The notes under the pieces were generated by a model. The model was given only the letters and a program-made list of their open reading frames with translations, did not search any database and was not told the DNA's origin. From Scyliorhinus canicula (taxonomy: Eukaryota), in the NCBI RefSeq assembly GCF_902713615.1, contig NC_052158.1, positions 43,735,159 to 43,799,158 on the forward strand: DNA of 64,000 nt. Direction: 5' to 3'. Shown piece by piece: positions 23,835 to 35,184 of the stretch (within the stretch, counting starts at the first letter, position 1; every line of letters begins with the position of its first letter). The position numbers and the translations under genes are program-made.

Positions 23835-24933
23835 TCTGCCCCTCCCAGATAATTACACCTCACCTTCTCATATTCAGCAATGACCCATCAACAAAACTCA
23901 GTCTGTAAATCAGAAGGGAAATGCTTCCAATAAACACCCTCAATATCCAACACACAGCCAATCCAACAGTTCAGCACAAAGCACCGAGTAAACAGGTCTG
24001 TGAGCTGGATCTTCTCGCACAGCATAAGGGGCATTTCCACAGCTGATTGCCCACAGGATAGTCAGACTGCCTGAACATTAGTGTGGATATTGTGCAATGT
24101 AATGATTGTAAATTCTGTTCCTTCACTCACCATCTCCTGACTTGGTTTTGAGTCCCTACAGGAAGTGAAGCAGCTGTGGTAGAGGAAGAGGAGAGAATGG
24201 GCAGAGCGGGTGGGCTCTCTGATTGACGTCTCTCACAACCAATGAACACCAAAGGCATGAAAAACCCTACATTCCAATTTCCGAACGCCGGGTGCAAACT
24301 GCCACTACGCGCGGCAGAACTACAACTCCCATCAGGCACTGCGGGGAAGCTCGCCTTCTGATTCCATACAGTTGCTCCTCACTGCGCAGACCCCGGGCCC
24401 ACATGCAGCATGGATAATGTCGTTCTGAATGGGTGAGAATGTTTCCCTGTGCAGATCCGGGTGGAGACGTCAGTTAGAGGAGCCCTGGTTGGTTCACTCT
24501 AATTTATTTCTTTGATGCAGGTTTTTTCATGCCTTTGGTGTTCATTGTCTGTGAGAGACGTCAATCAGAGAGCCCACCCACTCTGCCCATTCTCTCCTCT
24601 TCCTCTACCACAGCTGCTTCACTTCCTGTAGGGACTCAAAACCAAGTCAGGAGATGGTGAGTGAAGGAGCACAATTTACAATCATTACATTGCACAATAT
24701 CCACACTAATGTTCAGGCAGTCTGACTATCCTGTGGGCAATCAGCTGTGGAAATGCCCCTTATGCTGTGTGAGAAGATCCAGCTCACAGACCTGTTTACT
24801 CGGTGCTTTGTGCTGAGCTGTTTGATTGGCTGTGTGTTGGATATTGAGGGTGTTTATTGGGAGCATTTCCCTTCTGTTGATGGATCATTACTGAATACGA
24901 TAAGGTGAGATTTTATTATCTGGGAGGGGCAGA
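23835..24933. repeat. Inverted repeat (arms 23835-24266 and 24520-24933) forming the 5' ends of ZNF-2 and ZNF-3
   Basis: The arms are near-identical reverse complements separated by a spacer of about 253 bp. Confidence 0.93.
24267..24519. promoter_or_regulatory. Bidirectional promoter core with ZNF143/Staf site
   Basis: ACTACAACTCCCATCAGGCACTGC at 24319-24342, CpG-rich, flanked by divergent ZNF genes. Confidence 0.75.
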
Positions 24934-25200
24934 GCCACATTTATTGAAATGTCTTTTAATATCTTCTTTAAAGATTTTACCCGAAGGCCTCGGCCTTTCT
25001 GGGGTACATCCCATCAAGCCCTGGGAACTTACCTATCTTAATGTTTTCCAAGACACCCAATACCTCCTCATTTTTGATCTCAATGTCACACAGACTATCT
25101 TCACACCTTTCCCCAGACTTATCCTCCACCAAGTCCTTCTCATTGGTGAATACTGATGCAAAGTACTGATTCAGTACCTCACCCATTTCCTCTGGTTCCA

Positions 25201-26966
25201 TTAGGTAAGTGTAGGGCCAGTCAAGGACAGTGGTGGGAAGTTGTGTGTGGAGGCTGAGGAGATAAGCGAGATACTAAATGAATACTTTTCGTCAGTATTC
25301 ACTCAAGAAAAAGATAATATTGTGGAGGAGAATGCGGAGACCCAGGCTATTAGAATAGATGGCATTGAGGTGCGTAGGGAAGAAGTGTTGGCAATTCTGG
25401 ACAAGGTGAAAATAGATAAGTCCCCGGGGCCGGATGGGATTTATCCTAGGATTCTCTGGGAAGCCAGGGAAGAGATTGCTGAGCCTTTGGCTTTGATTTT
25501 TAGGTCATCATTGGCTACAGGAATAGTGCCAGAGGACTGGAGGATAGCAAATGTGGTCCCTTTGTTCAAGAAGGGGAGTAGAGATAACCCCGGTAACTAT
25601 AGGCCAGTGAGCCTAACGTCTGTGGTGGGTAAAGTCTTGGAGATGATTATAAAAGATACGATTTATAATCATCTAGAGAGGAATAATATGATTAGGGACA
25701 GTCAGCATGGTTTTGTGAAGGGTAGGTCATGCCTCACAAACCTTATCGAGTTCTTTGAGAAGGTGACTGAACAGGTAGACGAGGGTAGAGCAGTTGATGT
25801 GGTGTATATGGATTTCAGTAAAGCGTTTGATAAGGTTCCCCACGGTCGGCTATTGCAGAAAATACGGAGGCTGGGGATTGAGGGTGATTTAGAGATGTGG
25901 ATCAGAAATTGGCTAGTTGAAAGAAGACAGAGAGTGGTAGTTGATGGGAAATGTTCAGAATGGAGTTCAGTTACGAGTGGCGTACCACAAGGATCTGTTC
26001 TGGGGCCGTTGCTATTTGTCATTTTTATAAATGACCTAGAGGAGGGTGCAGAAGGATGGGTGAGTAAATTTGCAGACGACACAAAAGTCGGTGGAGTTGT
26101 AGACAGTGCGGAAGGATGTTGCAGGTTACAGAGGGACATAGATAAGCTGCAGAGCTGGGCTGAGAGGTGGCAAATGGAGTTTAATGTGGAGAAGTGTGAG
26201 GTGATTCACTTTGGAAAGAATAACAGAAATGCGGAATATTTGGCTAATGGTAAAATTCTTGGTAGTGTGGATGAGCAGAGGGATCTCGGTGTCCATGTAC
26301 ATAGATCCCTGAAAGTTGCCACCCAGGTTGATAGGGTTGTGAAGAAGGCCTATGGTGTGTTGGCCTTTATTGGTAGAGGGATTGAGTTCCGGAGCCATGA
26401 GGTCATGTTGCAGTTGTACAAAACTCTAGTACAGCCGCATTTGGAGTATTGCGTACAGTTCTGGTCGCCTCATTATAGGAAGGACGTGGAAGCTTTGGAA
26501 CGGGTGCAGAGGAGATTTACCAGGATGTTGCCTGGTATGGAGGGAAAATCTTATGAGGAAAGGCTGATGGACTTGAGGTTGTTTTCGTTAGAGAGAAGAA
26601 GGTTAAGAGGTGACTTAATAGAGGCATACAAAATGATCAGAGGGTTAGATAGGGTGGACAGCGAGAGCCTTCTCCCGCGGATGGAGGTGGCTAGCACGAG
26701 GGGACATAGCCTTAAATTGAGGGGTAATAGATATAGGACAGAGGTCAGAGGTGGGTTTTTTACGCAAAGAGTGGTGAGGCCGTGGAATGCCCTACCTGCA
26801 ACAGTAGTGAACACGCCAACATTGTGGGCATTTAAAAATTTATTGGATAAGCATATGGATGATAAGGGCATAGTGTAGGTTAGATGGCCTTTAGATTTTT
26901 TTCCATGTCGGTGCAACATCGAGGGCCGAAGGGCCTGTACTGCGCTGTATCGTTCTATGTTCTATG
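25201..26966 (+). mobile_element. Young 5'-truncated CR1 LINE (HER1-like) with uninterrupted RT frame 25241..26878
   Basis: 545-codon open frame with KSPGPDG, YRPVSLTS, DFSKAFD, GVPQGSVLGP and FADD, followed by a 3' UTR and (gttctat)n tail. Confidence 0.95.
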
Positions 26967-27130
26967 CATAGATTCCCTCCCCTTGAATGGGCCAACCCTT
27001 TCCCTGGCCACCCTCTTGCTCTTTATATGTGTGTAAAAAGCCTTGGGATTTTTAAAATCCTGTTTGGCAATGACTTTGTGACCGCTTTTAACCCTCCTGA
27101 CGCCTTGCTTAATTTCCTTCCTACTTTTGG

Positions 27131-27462
27131 GTGGCACGGTAGGACAGTGGTTAGCATTGTCGCTTCACAGCTCCAGGGTCCCAGGTTCGATTCCGGTCTT
27201 GGGCCAGTCTGTGCGGAGTCTGCACGTTCTCCTCGTGTCTGCGTGGGTTTCCTCCGGGAGCTCCAGTTTCCTCCCACAGTCCAAAGACGTGCAGGTTAGG
27301 TGGATTGGCCATGCTAAATTGCTCTTAGTGTCCAAAGGGGTTGGGTGGGGTTGCTGGGTTATGGGTAGGGGCGGAGTTGTGGGCTTAAGTGGGGTGCTCT
27401 TTCCAAGGGCCGGTGAGGGTCGATGGGCCGAATGGCCTCCTTCTGCTCTGTAATTCTATGTT
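27131..27462 (+). mobile_element. HE1 SINE
   Basis: tRNA head, V-domain, tail gggccgaatggcctccttctg..ctgtaattctatg. Confidence 0.9.
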
Positions 27463-29342
27463 CTGTTTCCTTATATGCCTTCTAGCTAACCTTCTAGCCT
27501 TTACAAATGCTTTCTTTTTCTTTTGGACTGGGCTCACAATATCCCTCGTTATCCAAGGTTCCTGAAACTTGCTATACTTATCATACTTCCTCACCGGAAC
27601 ATGCCGGTCCTACATTCCGATCAACTGACGTTTGAATACCTCCCACATGCCAGATGTTGGTTTACCCTCTTAAACATCTGCCCCAATCAAGATTCTTCAG
27701 TTCCTACCTAATATTGTTAGAATTAGCCTTCCCCCAATTTAGCACCTTCACCTGAGGACTACTTATTTTTATCCAACAGTACCTTAAAACTTACTGAACT
27801 ATGGTCATTGATCCCAAAATGCTTCCCGACTGTAACTTTGACCACCTGGCCGGGCTCATTCCAATGCCAGATCCTGTACAGCCCCTTCCCTAGTTGGACT
27901 TCTACATATTGTTTCAAGAAGCCCTCCTGGATGCTCCTTATGTCCCACCCAAGCACTAAGTGAATCCAGTCAATATAGGGGAAGTTAAAAGCACCCAGCA
28001 CAACAATCCTGTTGCTTTTGCACCTTTCCAAAATCTGCCTACATATCTACTCCTCTATCTCCCGCTGGCTGTATCCCAACATTGTGACTGCACCCTTCCT
28101 ATTCCTGAGCTCTACCCATATGGCCTCGCTGCATGAGCCTTCTGAGTTTACTTCACTCAGTACAGCGGTGATATTCATCTTAACTAGTCGTGCAACTCCC
28201 CCACCCCTTTTACATCCCCTATATCCTGCCTGAAACATCTAAATCTTAATCCTGGAATGATTAGCTCAATCCTGTTCCTCACTGAACCAAGTCTTTGTAA
28301 TGGTCACATCATAGTTCCAAGTACTAATTGAAGCTCGCAGATCATCTGCCTTACCTTTTATGCTTCTCGCATTGAAACAAATGCACTTCAGACCACCAGT
28401 CCCGCTGTATTTTGCAACATCTCACTGCCTGCTCTTTCTCTGAGTCTTACTGGCCCTATTCTCTAGCTTCCCCCTCAGTTATTTCACCTTCTGACCTATT
28501 ACTCTGGTTTCCACTCCCCTGGCACACTAGTTTAAACCCTCCCGTGTGACACTAGCAAACCGAGCGGCCAGGATATTTATGCCCCTCCAGTTTAGATGCA
28601 ACCTCCCGCAGTACAGCTGTGCCTAGGAAGATGGGTCTGGCTGGAGGAAAGGAAGTAGCCACATTGTCTGATCCTAGTCGTTATCCAGTGTCCCTGCTGG
28701 AAACAGAGGGTGTGTCAGTCAAGTGAGGAAAAAAAGGACTTGTATCTGATCTCCCACACAGGGGAATAGCAGACTGACACTCACTGTGGAACAGTCTCTA
28801 ACTGAGGAGTCAGACCCTTCAGCAAAGGAGGAGATGGAGTTGGAGGAAATCATGTTTCTTTTTGCTGTTTTACAGAAGGATTGCACCGCACTACACCAGA
28901 GAATACAGAGAGGATAGACAGCTCAGATAGATCCTGACCATTGACCAAGGAACACCTGCACAACTGTGGGAAGACATCCAGTCCCTTCACAGCATTGCTC
29001 AACACAGAGAAAGTTGGGCAGTGAAACCATCATCTGGAAATCAGTCGGTCAGGGGACCTTTGACATATCATCAGATCTGAAACTGGTCAGTGGGAACCTT
29101 TCATCAGATCCAACCTTTCTGAAGGTTCGGTTGTGGGCGATCAGTCAGGGTGAAGCTGGGAGGAAGTGTGAGCGGGCTCCAAGTGTGGTGAGAGCTTCAA
29201 TCATTCATCAAGCCTCATGAACCACTGACTCAATCCTGTACGTGAGAAGCTGTTCAAGTGTGAGGTGTATTAGGTGCACTATACAGGCTCATAGGATCTC
29301 CTGACAGGCAGGTTCCATCTGTTGTATCAGAAGAGCAACCAC

Positions 29343-30464
29343 ATGGAAGGGAAACCACTCACGTGGGAGGTGAGCGACAAATTATTGTCACTGACATCAA
29401 ACTTCCATTTACACCAACAGATTCACACAGGTAGGAAGCTGTTCACGTGTGAGGTCTGTGCTAAAGCTTTCACTATGTCCTCGAACCTTCTGCGCCATCA
29501 GACAGTCCACACAGGGGAGAAGCGTTTCAAATGTGAGGTTTGCAACAAAGCGTTCAATGTGTCATCAGCGCTTATGCAACACCGACGCGTTCACACTGGG
29601 GAGAAGCCGTTCAGGTGTGAGGTGTGTGACAAATCATACGCGGACTCCTCAAATCTCTGCCGGCACTTACGTTTTCACACAGGAGAGAAACCGTTCCAGT
29701 GTGAGATTTGTGACAAGGCTTTTACCCGTTCCTCCTTTCTCATCAAGCACCAGAGGATCCACACGGGGGAGAAACCATTCACATGTGAGGTGTGTGACAA
29801 ATCATTTTCAGAGTCATGGACACTTCACAGACACCGACGCATTCACACAGGGGAGAAACCATTCAAGTGTGAGGTGTGTGACAAATCATTCTCACGATTA
29901 TCAATCCTCCGTTCGCACCAACAGATTCACACTGGTGAGAAGCTGTTCACTTGTGAGGTGTGTGCTAAAGCTTTCACAGTGTCATCCAGTCTCCTACGTC
30001 ATCAGACAGTCCACACAGGGGAGAAACCTTTCAAGTGTGAGGTTTGCAACAAAGCGTTCAGTGTGTCATCAGCGCTCATGCAACACCAATGCATTCATAC
30101 TGGAGAGAAGCCATTCAGGTGTGAGGTGTGTGACAAATCGTTTGCGCGATCATCGTACCTTCGTGTACATCACCGCATTCACACCGGGGAGAAACCATTT
30201 AAGTGCGATCTCTGTGAAAGATCATTCTCGCACTCATCAAGCCTTCGTGTACATCACCGCATTCACACTGGGGAGAAACCGTTCAAGTGCGACCGTTGTG
30301 ACAAATCATTCTCGGACTCATCGAATCTCCGTGGCCACCAACGTTATCATACAGAAGAGAAACCTTTCAAGTGTGAGCTTTGCGACAAAGACTTCATTAA
30401 CTCATCAGATCTGCTGCTTCATCAGAGGATCCACACATGGGAATATGTGGGAGATTTACAATGA
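29343..30464 (+). CDS. ZNF-3: tandem C2H2 zinc-finger protein, 373 aa, 12 intact fingers plus one degenerate, no KRAB
   Basis: ATG at 29343 (MEGKP) in the paralogous position, uninterrupted TGEKP-linked fingers, exon acceptor at 28875/28876. Confidence 0.93.
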   Translation: MEGKPLTWEVSDKLLSLTSNFHLHQQIHTGRKLFTCEVCAKAFTMSSNLLRHQTVHTGEKRFKCEVCNKAFNVSSALMQHRRVHTGEKPFRCEVCDKSYADSSNLCRHLRFHTGEKPFQCEICDKAFTRSSFLIKHQRIHTGEKPFTCEVCDKSFSESWTLHRHRRIHTGEKPFKCEVCDKSFSRLSILRSHQQIHTGEKLFTCEVCAKAFTVSSSLLRHQTVHTGEKPFKCEVCNKAFSVSSALMQHQCIHTGEKPFRCEVCDKSFARSSYLRVHHRIHTGEKPFKCDLCERSFSHSSSLRVHHRIHTGEKPFKCDRCDKSFSDSSNLRGHQRYHTEEKPFKCELCDKDFINSSDLLLHQRIHTWEYVGDLQ

Positions 30465-30769
30465 GAGAATCGCATGCGACGTTTGGGAGACCTGTCGTCC
30501 CAATATGTAAAGCACCAGCAGATTCACACTGGCGAGAAACCATTCAGCTGTGTTGTGTGACGAGGCTTTCACAGTCAGCCGATTGCCTGGTCCACCAATG
30601 CACTCACATGGGGGGAAACACTGTCAATGTGAATTCTGTAATAAAGTTTTCACACAGTTGTTGGACCTCCTGGAACATAAGGGAACCCACACGGGAGACA
30701 AACCCTTCCAGTGTGACGTGTCTCAGGATTGTTTCACCTATTCTCTCTCGCCAAACACCAACCTCTCCA

Positions 30770-30965
30770 TATGAACTTGGAGCCGGCTCAGCTGCTTTCT
30801 TTGCACTGAGAGCTGTCTGTGTTGTTTACCCTCCAGTGCTCACACAGGAGAGCTGTCCTTCCAAAGCACTGTCTGTCTCAGTATCTGTCTCCAACCTTTC
30901 CCACCATCAGTCCAATCATTTCAAGAAGGTCAAATTAACTTTGTTTGACCAGATCATCAAAAGAA
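30770..30965 (+). repeat. Conserved 3' element shared by ZNF-2, -3, -4 and -5
   Basis: tgtctgtgttgtttacc.ccagtgctcacacagg.gagctg..aaagcactgtctgtctcag..ttgaccagat also occurs at 20170-20370 (-), 62270-62460 (+), and split between 42620-42680 and 39090-39240 (-). Confidence 0.85.
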
Positions 30966-30974
30966 GTTGCTTCA

Positions 30975-31137
30975 TCCGATGCTGGTGTTTATGTAGTTAC
31001 ATTGTGCACCTTGTGTTGCCCTATTATGTATTTTCTTTTATTTTCCTTTCATGTATTTAATGATCTGTTGAGCTGCTCGCAGAAAAATACTTTCCATTGT
31101 ACCTCGGTACACTTGACAATAAACAAAATCCAATCCA
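30975..31137 (+). mobile_element. LINE 3' end, Rex1/Babar-like
   Basis: Tail tttccattgtacctcggtacacttgacaataaa followed by a short repeat. Confidence 0.55.
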
Positions 31138-31214
31138 AGACATCAGTATGTGTAGAAGTTGCTGTATAAACTCAGTATCTTTTCAATGCAGGTACAAGTC
31201 ACTCACTAACTCTC

Positions 31215-32320
31215 ACTTTTAAAAAAATATATTTTATTCCAAACCTTACAGAAAGTTTCACATTCGTTAAAGCAAACTGAAATACAAACAGTTTGTCATT
31301 TTTCATCTTTTACAAATTAAACTCTTCCCCCCCCCAAAAACCCCTCTCCCTCTCTACTCGCTGGCGACAAACAAATCTTTGCAAACAGAGACTAACGGCC
31401 TGCATCTCAAGTAGAACTGCTCCTCTGACCCCCTAAGGCCAAACTTGATTTTCACCATTTGCCGAAATTCTGTCCACATCCCCCAACCACACTGACGCGC
31501 TCGGTGGCACCGCCGACCTCCAACCCAGTAGGATCTGTCGCCAGGCAATCAGAGAGGCGAAGGCCACGACATTGGCCCCTTCCTCACCAGCAACTCCAAT
31601 ATATCAAAGATTGCCACCACCCTCACCCCTACAATCTTTGACAATGTCTCAAAACCCTCCAAATTTCAGGCAGGGCCAAAACATATGCACATGATTCGCC
31701 GGTCCTCCTTCACACCCCTTACACTTATTCTCCACCTCCAGGAAGAACCAGCTCAAGCGTGTACGAGTCATATGTGCCCCGTGAACCACTTTAAATTGTA
31801 TCAGGCTCATCCTATATGTCTATACACGCTGGTGCAAACCTATGATTTCTCCAAATTGGTGACTGTATCGACGTGCCCCCCAACTCAAAGTGCCGCCTAA
31901 ACTGGTTTGAAATCTTAAGGGATGCCACCACCACTGGACTCGTCGTATACCTGTCCGGAGAGAACGGGAGGGGGGCTGTTACCATCGTCTTTGAACATGC
32001 CCCCCCACCCCAACCTTCACGGCCGCACCTTTTCCACATTCACCGCCCAGTAATAATGTAATAAATCCTCTTTGCTGCTGTCCCCTCTGCAGGAAGGCTC
32101 TCCAGATCCTGGGTGTCTTACCTGCCCACACAAAGGCCAAAATTAACCTATCCACCTTCACAAATAATCCTTTGAGGAGGAAGATCGGGAAGGATTGAAA
32201 CATGAACAGAAACTTCAGAAATTGAATTATCATTTTTATGGGCTGCACTCTCCCCGCCAAGGAGAGCGGGAGAACATCCCATCTCTTCAGGTCCCTTCTC
32301 ACCCCGACCACCAAGCTAAC
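31215..32320 (-). mobile_element. L1-clade LINE 3' fragment
   Basis: DLKRWDVLPLSLAGRVQ..; VTAPLPFSPDRYTTSPVVVASLKI. Same family as 54705-58007. Confidence 0.85.
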
Positions 32321-33169
32321 CAAGTTCTATTTGTGCATTGTGGCTCAATTATGACGTGTTTGCTGGAGGTTGAAGAGGATGACACTGACCAATTGTTATT
32401 GGAGATGAGAGGAGGGAGGGAAATTGAGAGGAATTTAATGAAAGCAGAAACTGAAGTCATTCCTCGATCTGCCAACTAGTTTTGAAATTTTCAGTTAACC
32501 CAGAACATCAACAGATTTTTGTGGGGAGAGAGTTCCAGATTTCCAGTCCCCTTTTTGTGAAGAAGTGTTTGCTGACATCACTCCCAAACAGCCGAGCTCT
32601 GATTTTAATATGTTCCCTTTCTCTGGACTCTCCCACCAAAGGAATAGTTTATTTCTAACTACTCTATCAACTTGTTTAACCATCTTAAACACCTCAATTA
32701 AATTACCCATTGAATTTCCATGTGACCAGTGGATCTCAGTAACCTTTGGTGGGTTTGTGGATGGAAACGAGCTCCATCCTGTGCCATTAAAGTTTGGTGT
32801 CATTTCTGACCATCGGAATTGCGAACCAGACTAGAGCAGAGGGATTTTAAAGAAACTTTTGTCTGTAGTATTCTGATAAGAGTTTCCCCTGATGTGAGTA
32901 TGTGTGTTAGTAAAGTGAGCCAGCTCTCAGGAGTGGGTATGGGGTAGAATCGGATCCTGCTTTAGTTGGTGATGTGAATTATAGAAAGATCCTCTTCAGG
33001 TGACGGGTGTTTGACTAATATCATGGGTAATGTTGTACTGTCCTGTCTGGGAAGACTACTATCCTGAGTATGGTAAGGGAACGGGGCTGGAGTCTCTTCC
33101 GACCCGAGTTCCCTCAGCCCATTATACCTCGATGTAATATCGGTGTGATATGTTCACCGTACAACCAAC

Positions 33170-33720
33170 AGGGGTTGGTTTAGCACACTGCTAAATCGCT
33201 GGCTTTGAAAGCAGACCAAGCAAGGCAGGCCAGCAGCACGGTTCAATTCCAGTACCAGCCTTCCCGAACAGGCGCCGGAATGTGGCGACTAGGGGCTTTT
33301 CACAGTAATTTCATTTGAAGCCTACTTGTGACAATAAGCAATTTTCATTTTTTCATTTTTCATTTTCTTACAAAATTAGGGGAGGCAGCAACGTAGTGGT
33401 ATGCACTGGTAAACTAGAGACCCAGGGTAATGATCTGGGAATTGGGTCGAATCCCACCATGGCAAATGGTGGAATCTGAATTTAATAAATTGGAATTAAA
33501 AGTCTAACGATGGCCATGAAGTCATTGTCGATTGTTGTAAAAACCTATCTGGTTCACTAATGCCCTGGAGGGAGGAAAACCACCATAGGGAAGGAAATCC
33601 GTCGTCCTTGCCTGGTCTGACCTAACTCCAGACTCTCATTAGTTCAAGGCAATTGGGGATGGGCAACAAATGCTGGTCCAACCAGCGACGCCCACATCCC
33701 ATGAAATCATTTTTAAAAAA
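33170..33720 (+). mobile_element. Two adjacent tRNA-derived SINEs (33170-33365; 33379-33720 with a CR1-type tail)
   Basis: The first matches 2571-2750. The second ends gggcaacaaatgctgg..cagcgacgcccacatcccatgaa. Confidence 0.75.
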
Positions 33721-34369
33721 TCATTTCAAGTTCTGAGAAAGATCTTGAGTAATTTCAAATGCTTTGTTATTTTCGTTGATTCAAAGTTTGGTGTAACCTG
33801 AATATTATGCTGTTGTTTGTTGTTTTATCAATCTTTTGTGCAGATTTATAACTCACAATAAATTCATGTTTTTAAGCTGAAACCAAACTAGATTTGTCAG
33901 CACGTGTGTTCCTTATTCACTGAAACGCTCAGGAGATTGCAGTAAGCAGGTCAACATACTGTAGGCTGGTATATTTATTCAACAATGGGTTTATAATTTC
34001 CAGTTCACAGGAAACATTTCCATAAGAAAGAACTGAAGACATCTGAAAGCATTTTAAAGCTAATGAAGACATTTCTCAGTGTATCAGTGTTGCAATGTGA
34101 GGCTTAAACGCACAAACGTCCGACTCTGAGATGGAAGTGCTAACAGCCATGGCTGACAATGACGTATAATATGTCTGTGCATTAGATGCAGTTTCCAAGG
34201 GGTTAAATCCCAAGGCTGTGTCCAGATGCTTTCTCCCTGTAAACTGATAGCCTGAAAGTTGGATTTGATTTAAAGTGGTAACTAGTTTGAGCTGCAGGTG
34301 TCAGTGTTGTATTTGCGACTGGGTTCCTGTTGTTCTATTTTCTGTTAAAATTCCTGAAGTCAAGTGATA

Positions 34370-34560
34370 CACACTGACGAGGAGGTGTTGTTTGTGGATG
34401 CCCGTGTCTCTCTGAGGCAACTCACAGAGAGAAGTTAGTGGGATGCTGAAGAACTGTTTCAGGTACTGGCCACATCTGGAGGTAGATCACAGTATTCCTC
34501 AGAGAGATAGAATGCTCACAATCACCCTGGTGTACTGCACACTGAATAATATCACTGAGA
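34370..34560 (+). pseudogene. PIF/Harbinger (HARBI1-like) DDE transposase C-terminal relic
   Basis: With three frameshifts it reads HTDEEVLFVDARVSLRQLTER/VSGMLKNCFRY/LATSGGRSQYSSE/RMLTITLVYCTLNNIT. This aligns without gaps to the Harbinger consensus T.AE.RYN.AH..TR..IER.FG.LK.RFRCL..SGG.LQYSPE....II..CC.LHNI. Confidence 0.82.
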
Positions 34561-34894
34561 CAGCCCAAGAGAGGAACTGAGAGAGGCGAACGGACCGGGG
34601 CGCCCTGGGAGAGGCGAATAGTCCAGGACATCCTGGAAGAGGTGAATGTTCAGTGTCTGCTATTGGAGTCAGGGGGAGCTGAATCTCCACAGGTGACCCC
34701 TGGCCTAGGACAAATACTCCCATTCTGAGCCTCGGCTCACACCAAGTGACTGGATCCCTGTCCTCTCCCGCTCTGCTGTACTCCTCTCTCCTGTCTTTCC
34801 CTCCTGTTCCCCTTTCTCCTGTCTTCCTCTTTCCTGTGCACCCTCTACCTTGTACACCCTTTACCTTGTACATGTGCTGATCCCGTCACTACAC

Positions 34895-35180
34895 AGCATC
34901 ACTCCCTTGGCCGCTGTGGGTCTTCCTCTTCTGATCTGCTGTCAAACACATCCGAGGCTACACATCCCACACTGATGTTGTCAGTTTGAAAGCCTCCGAG
35001 GATGAAGAATGTTATTCCCACACTAGAAATCTCTGTCGAACGTTTACCCGGGGAACTGAGACAGCAGCTGCAATAAGTGAGGTTTTATTCAGATGGGACA
35101 ATGACAAGTTTAAATCTTCATCTGATCTACTGCTCAAAGTCGCCTCTGTGTCACCAGTCAGTTTCCCAGCTTCAGGAAAC
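34895..35180 (+). repeat. Cluster-specific dispersed repeat, copy 2
   Basis: Matches 17330-17580 and 59218-59500, and is preceded by a polypyrimidine tract and cacag acceptor. Confidence 0.85.
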
Positions 35181-35184
35181 AAAA

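Larger units (their letters stand above)
24990..28600 (-). mobile_element. Older CR1 LINE (endonuclease to pre-RT region), split by a younger CR1 and an HE1 SINE
   Basis: ORFs 28047..28238 and 27759..28031 (EAIWVELRN, VVLGAFNFPYIDW, NDHS) and 24977..25201 (VLNQYFASVFT..PGLDGMYPR). Confidence 0.85.

Noticed and set aside
25702-26919. Antisense ORFs over CR1, L1 and Gypsy coding regions
   Set aside because: They are reverse-strand shadows of RT genes.
28876-29342. Conserved sequence upstream of the fingers as an N-terminal effector (KRAB-like) domain
   Set aside because: It has no KRAB, BTB or SCAN motif. Stops are shared across paralogs (GGA TAG in four copies) and there are indels, so it is best read as 5' UTR.
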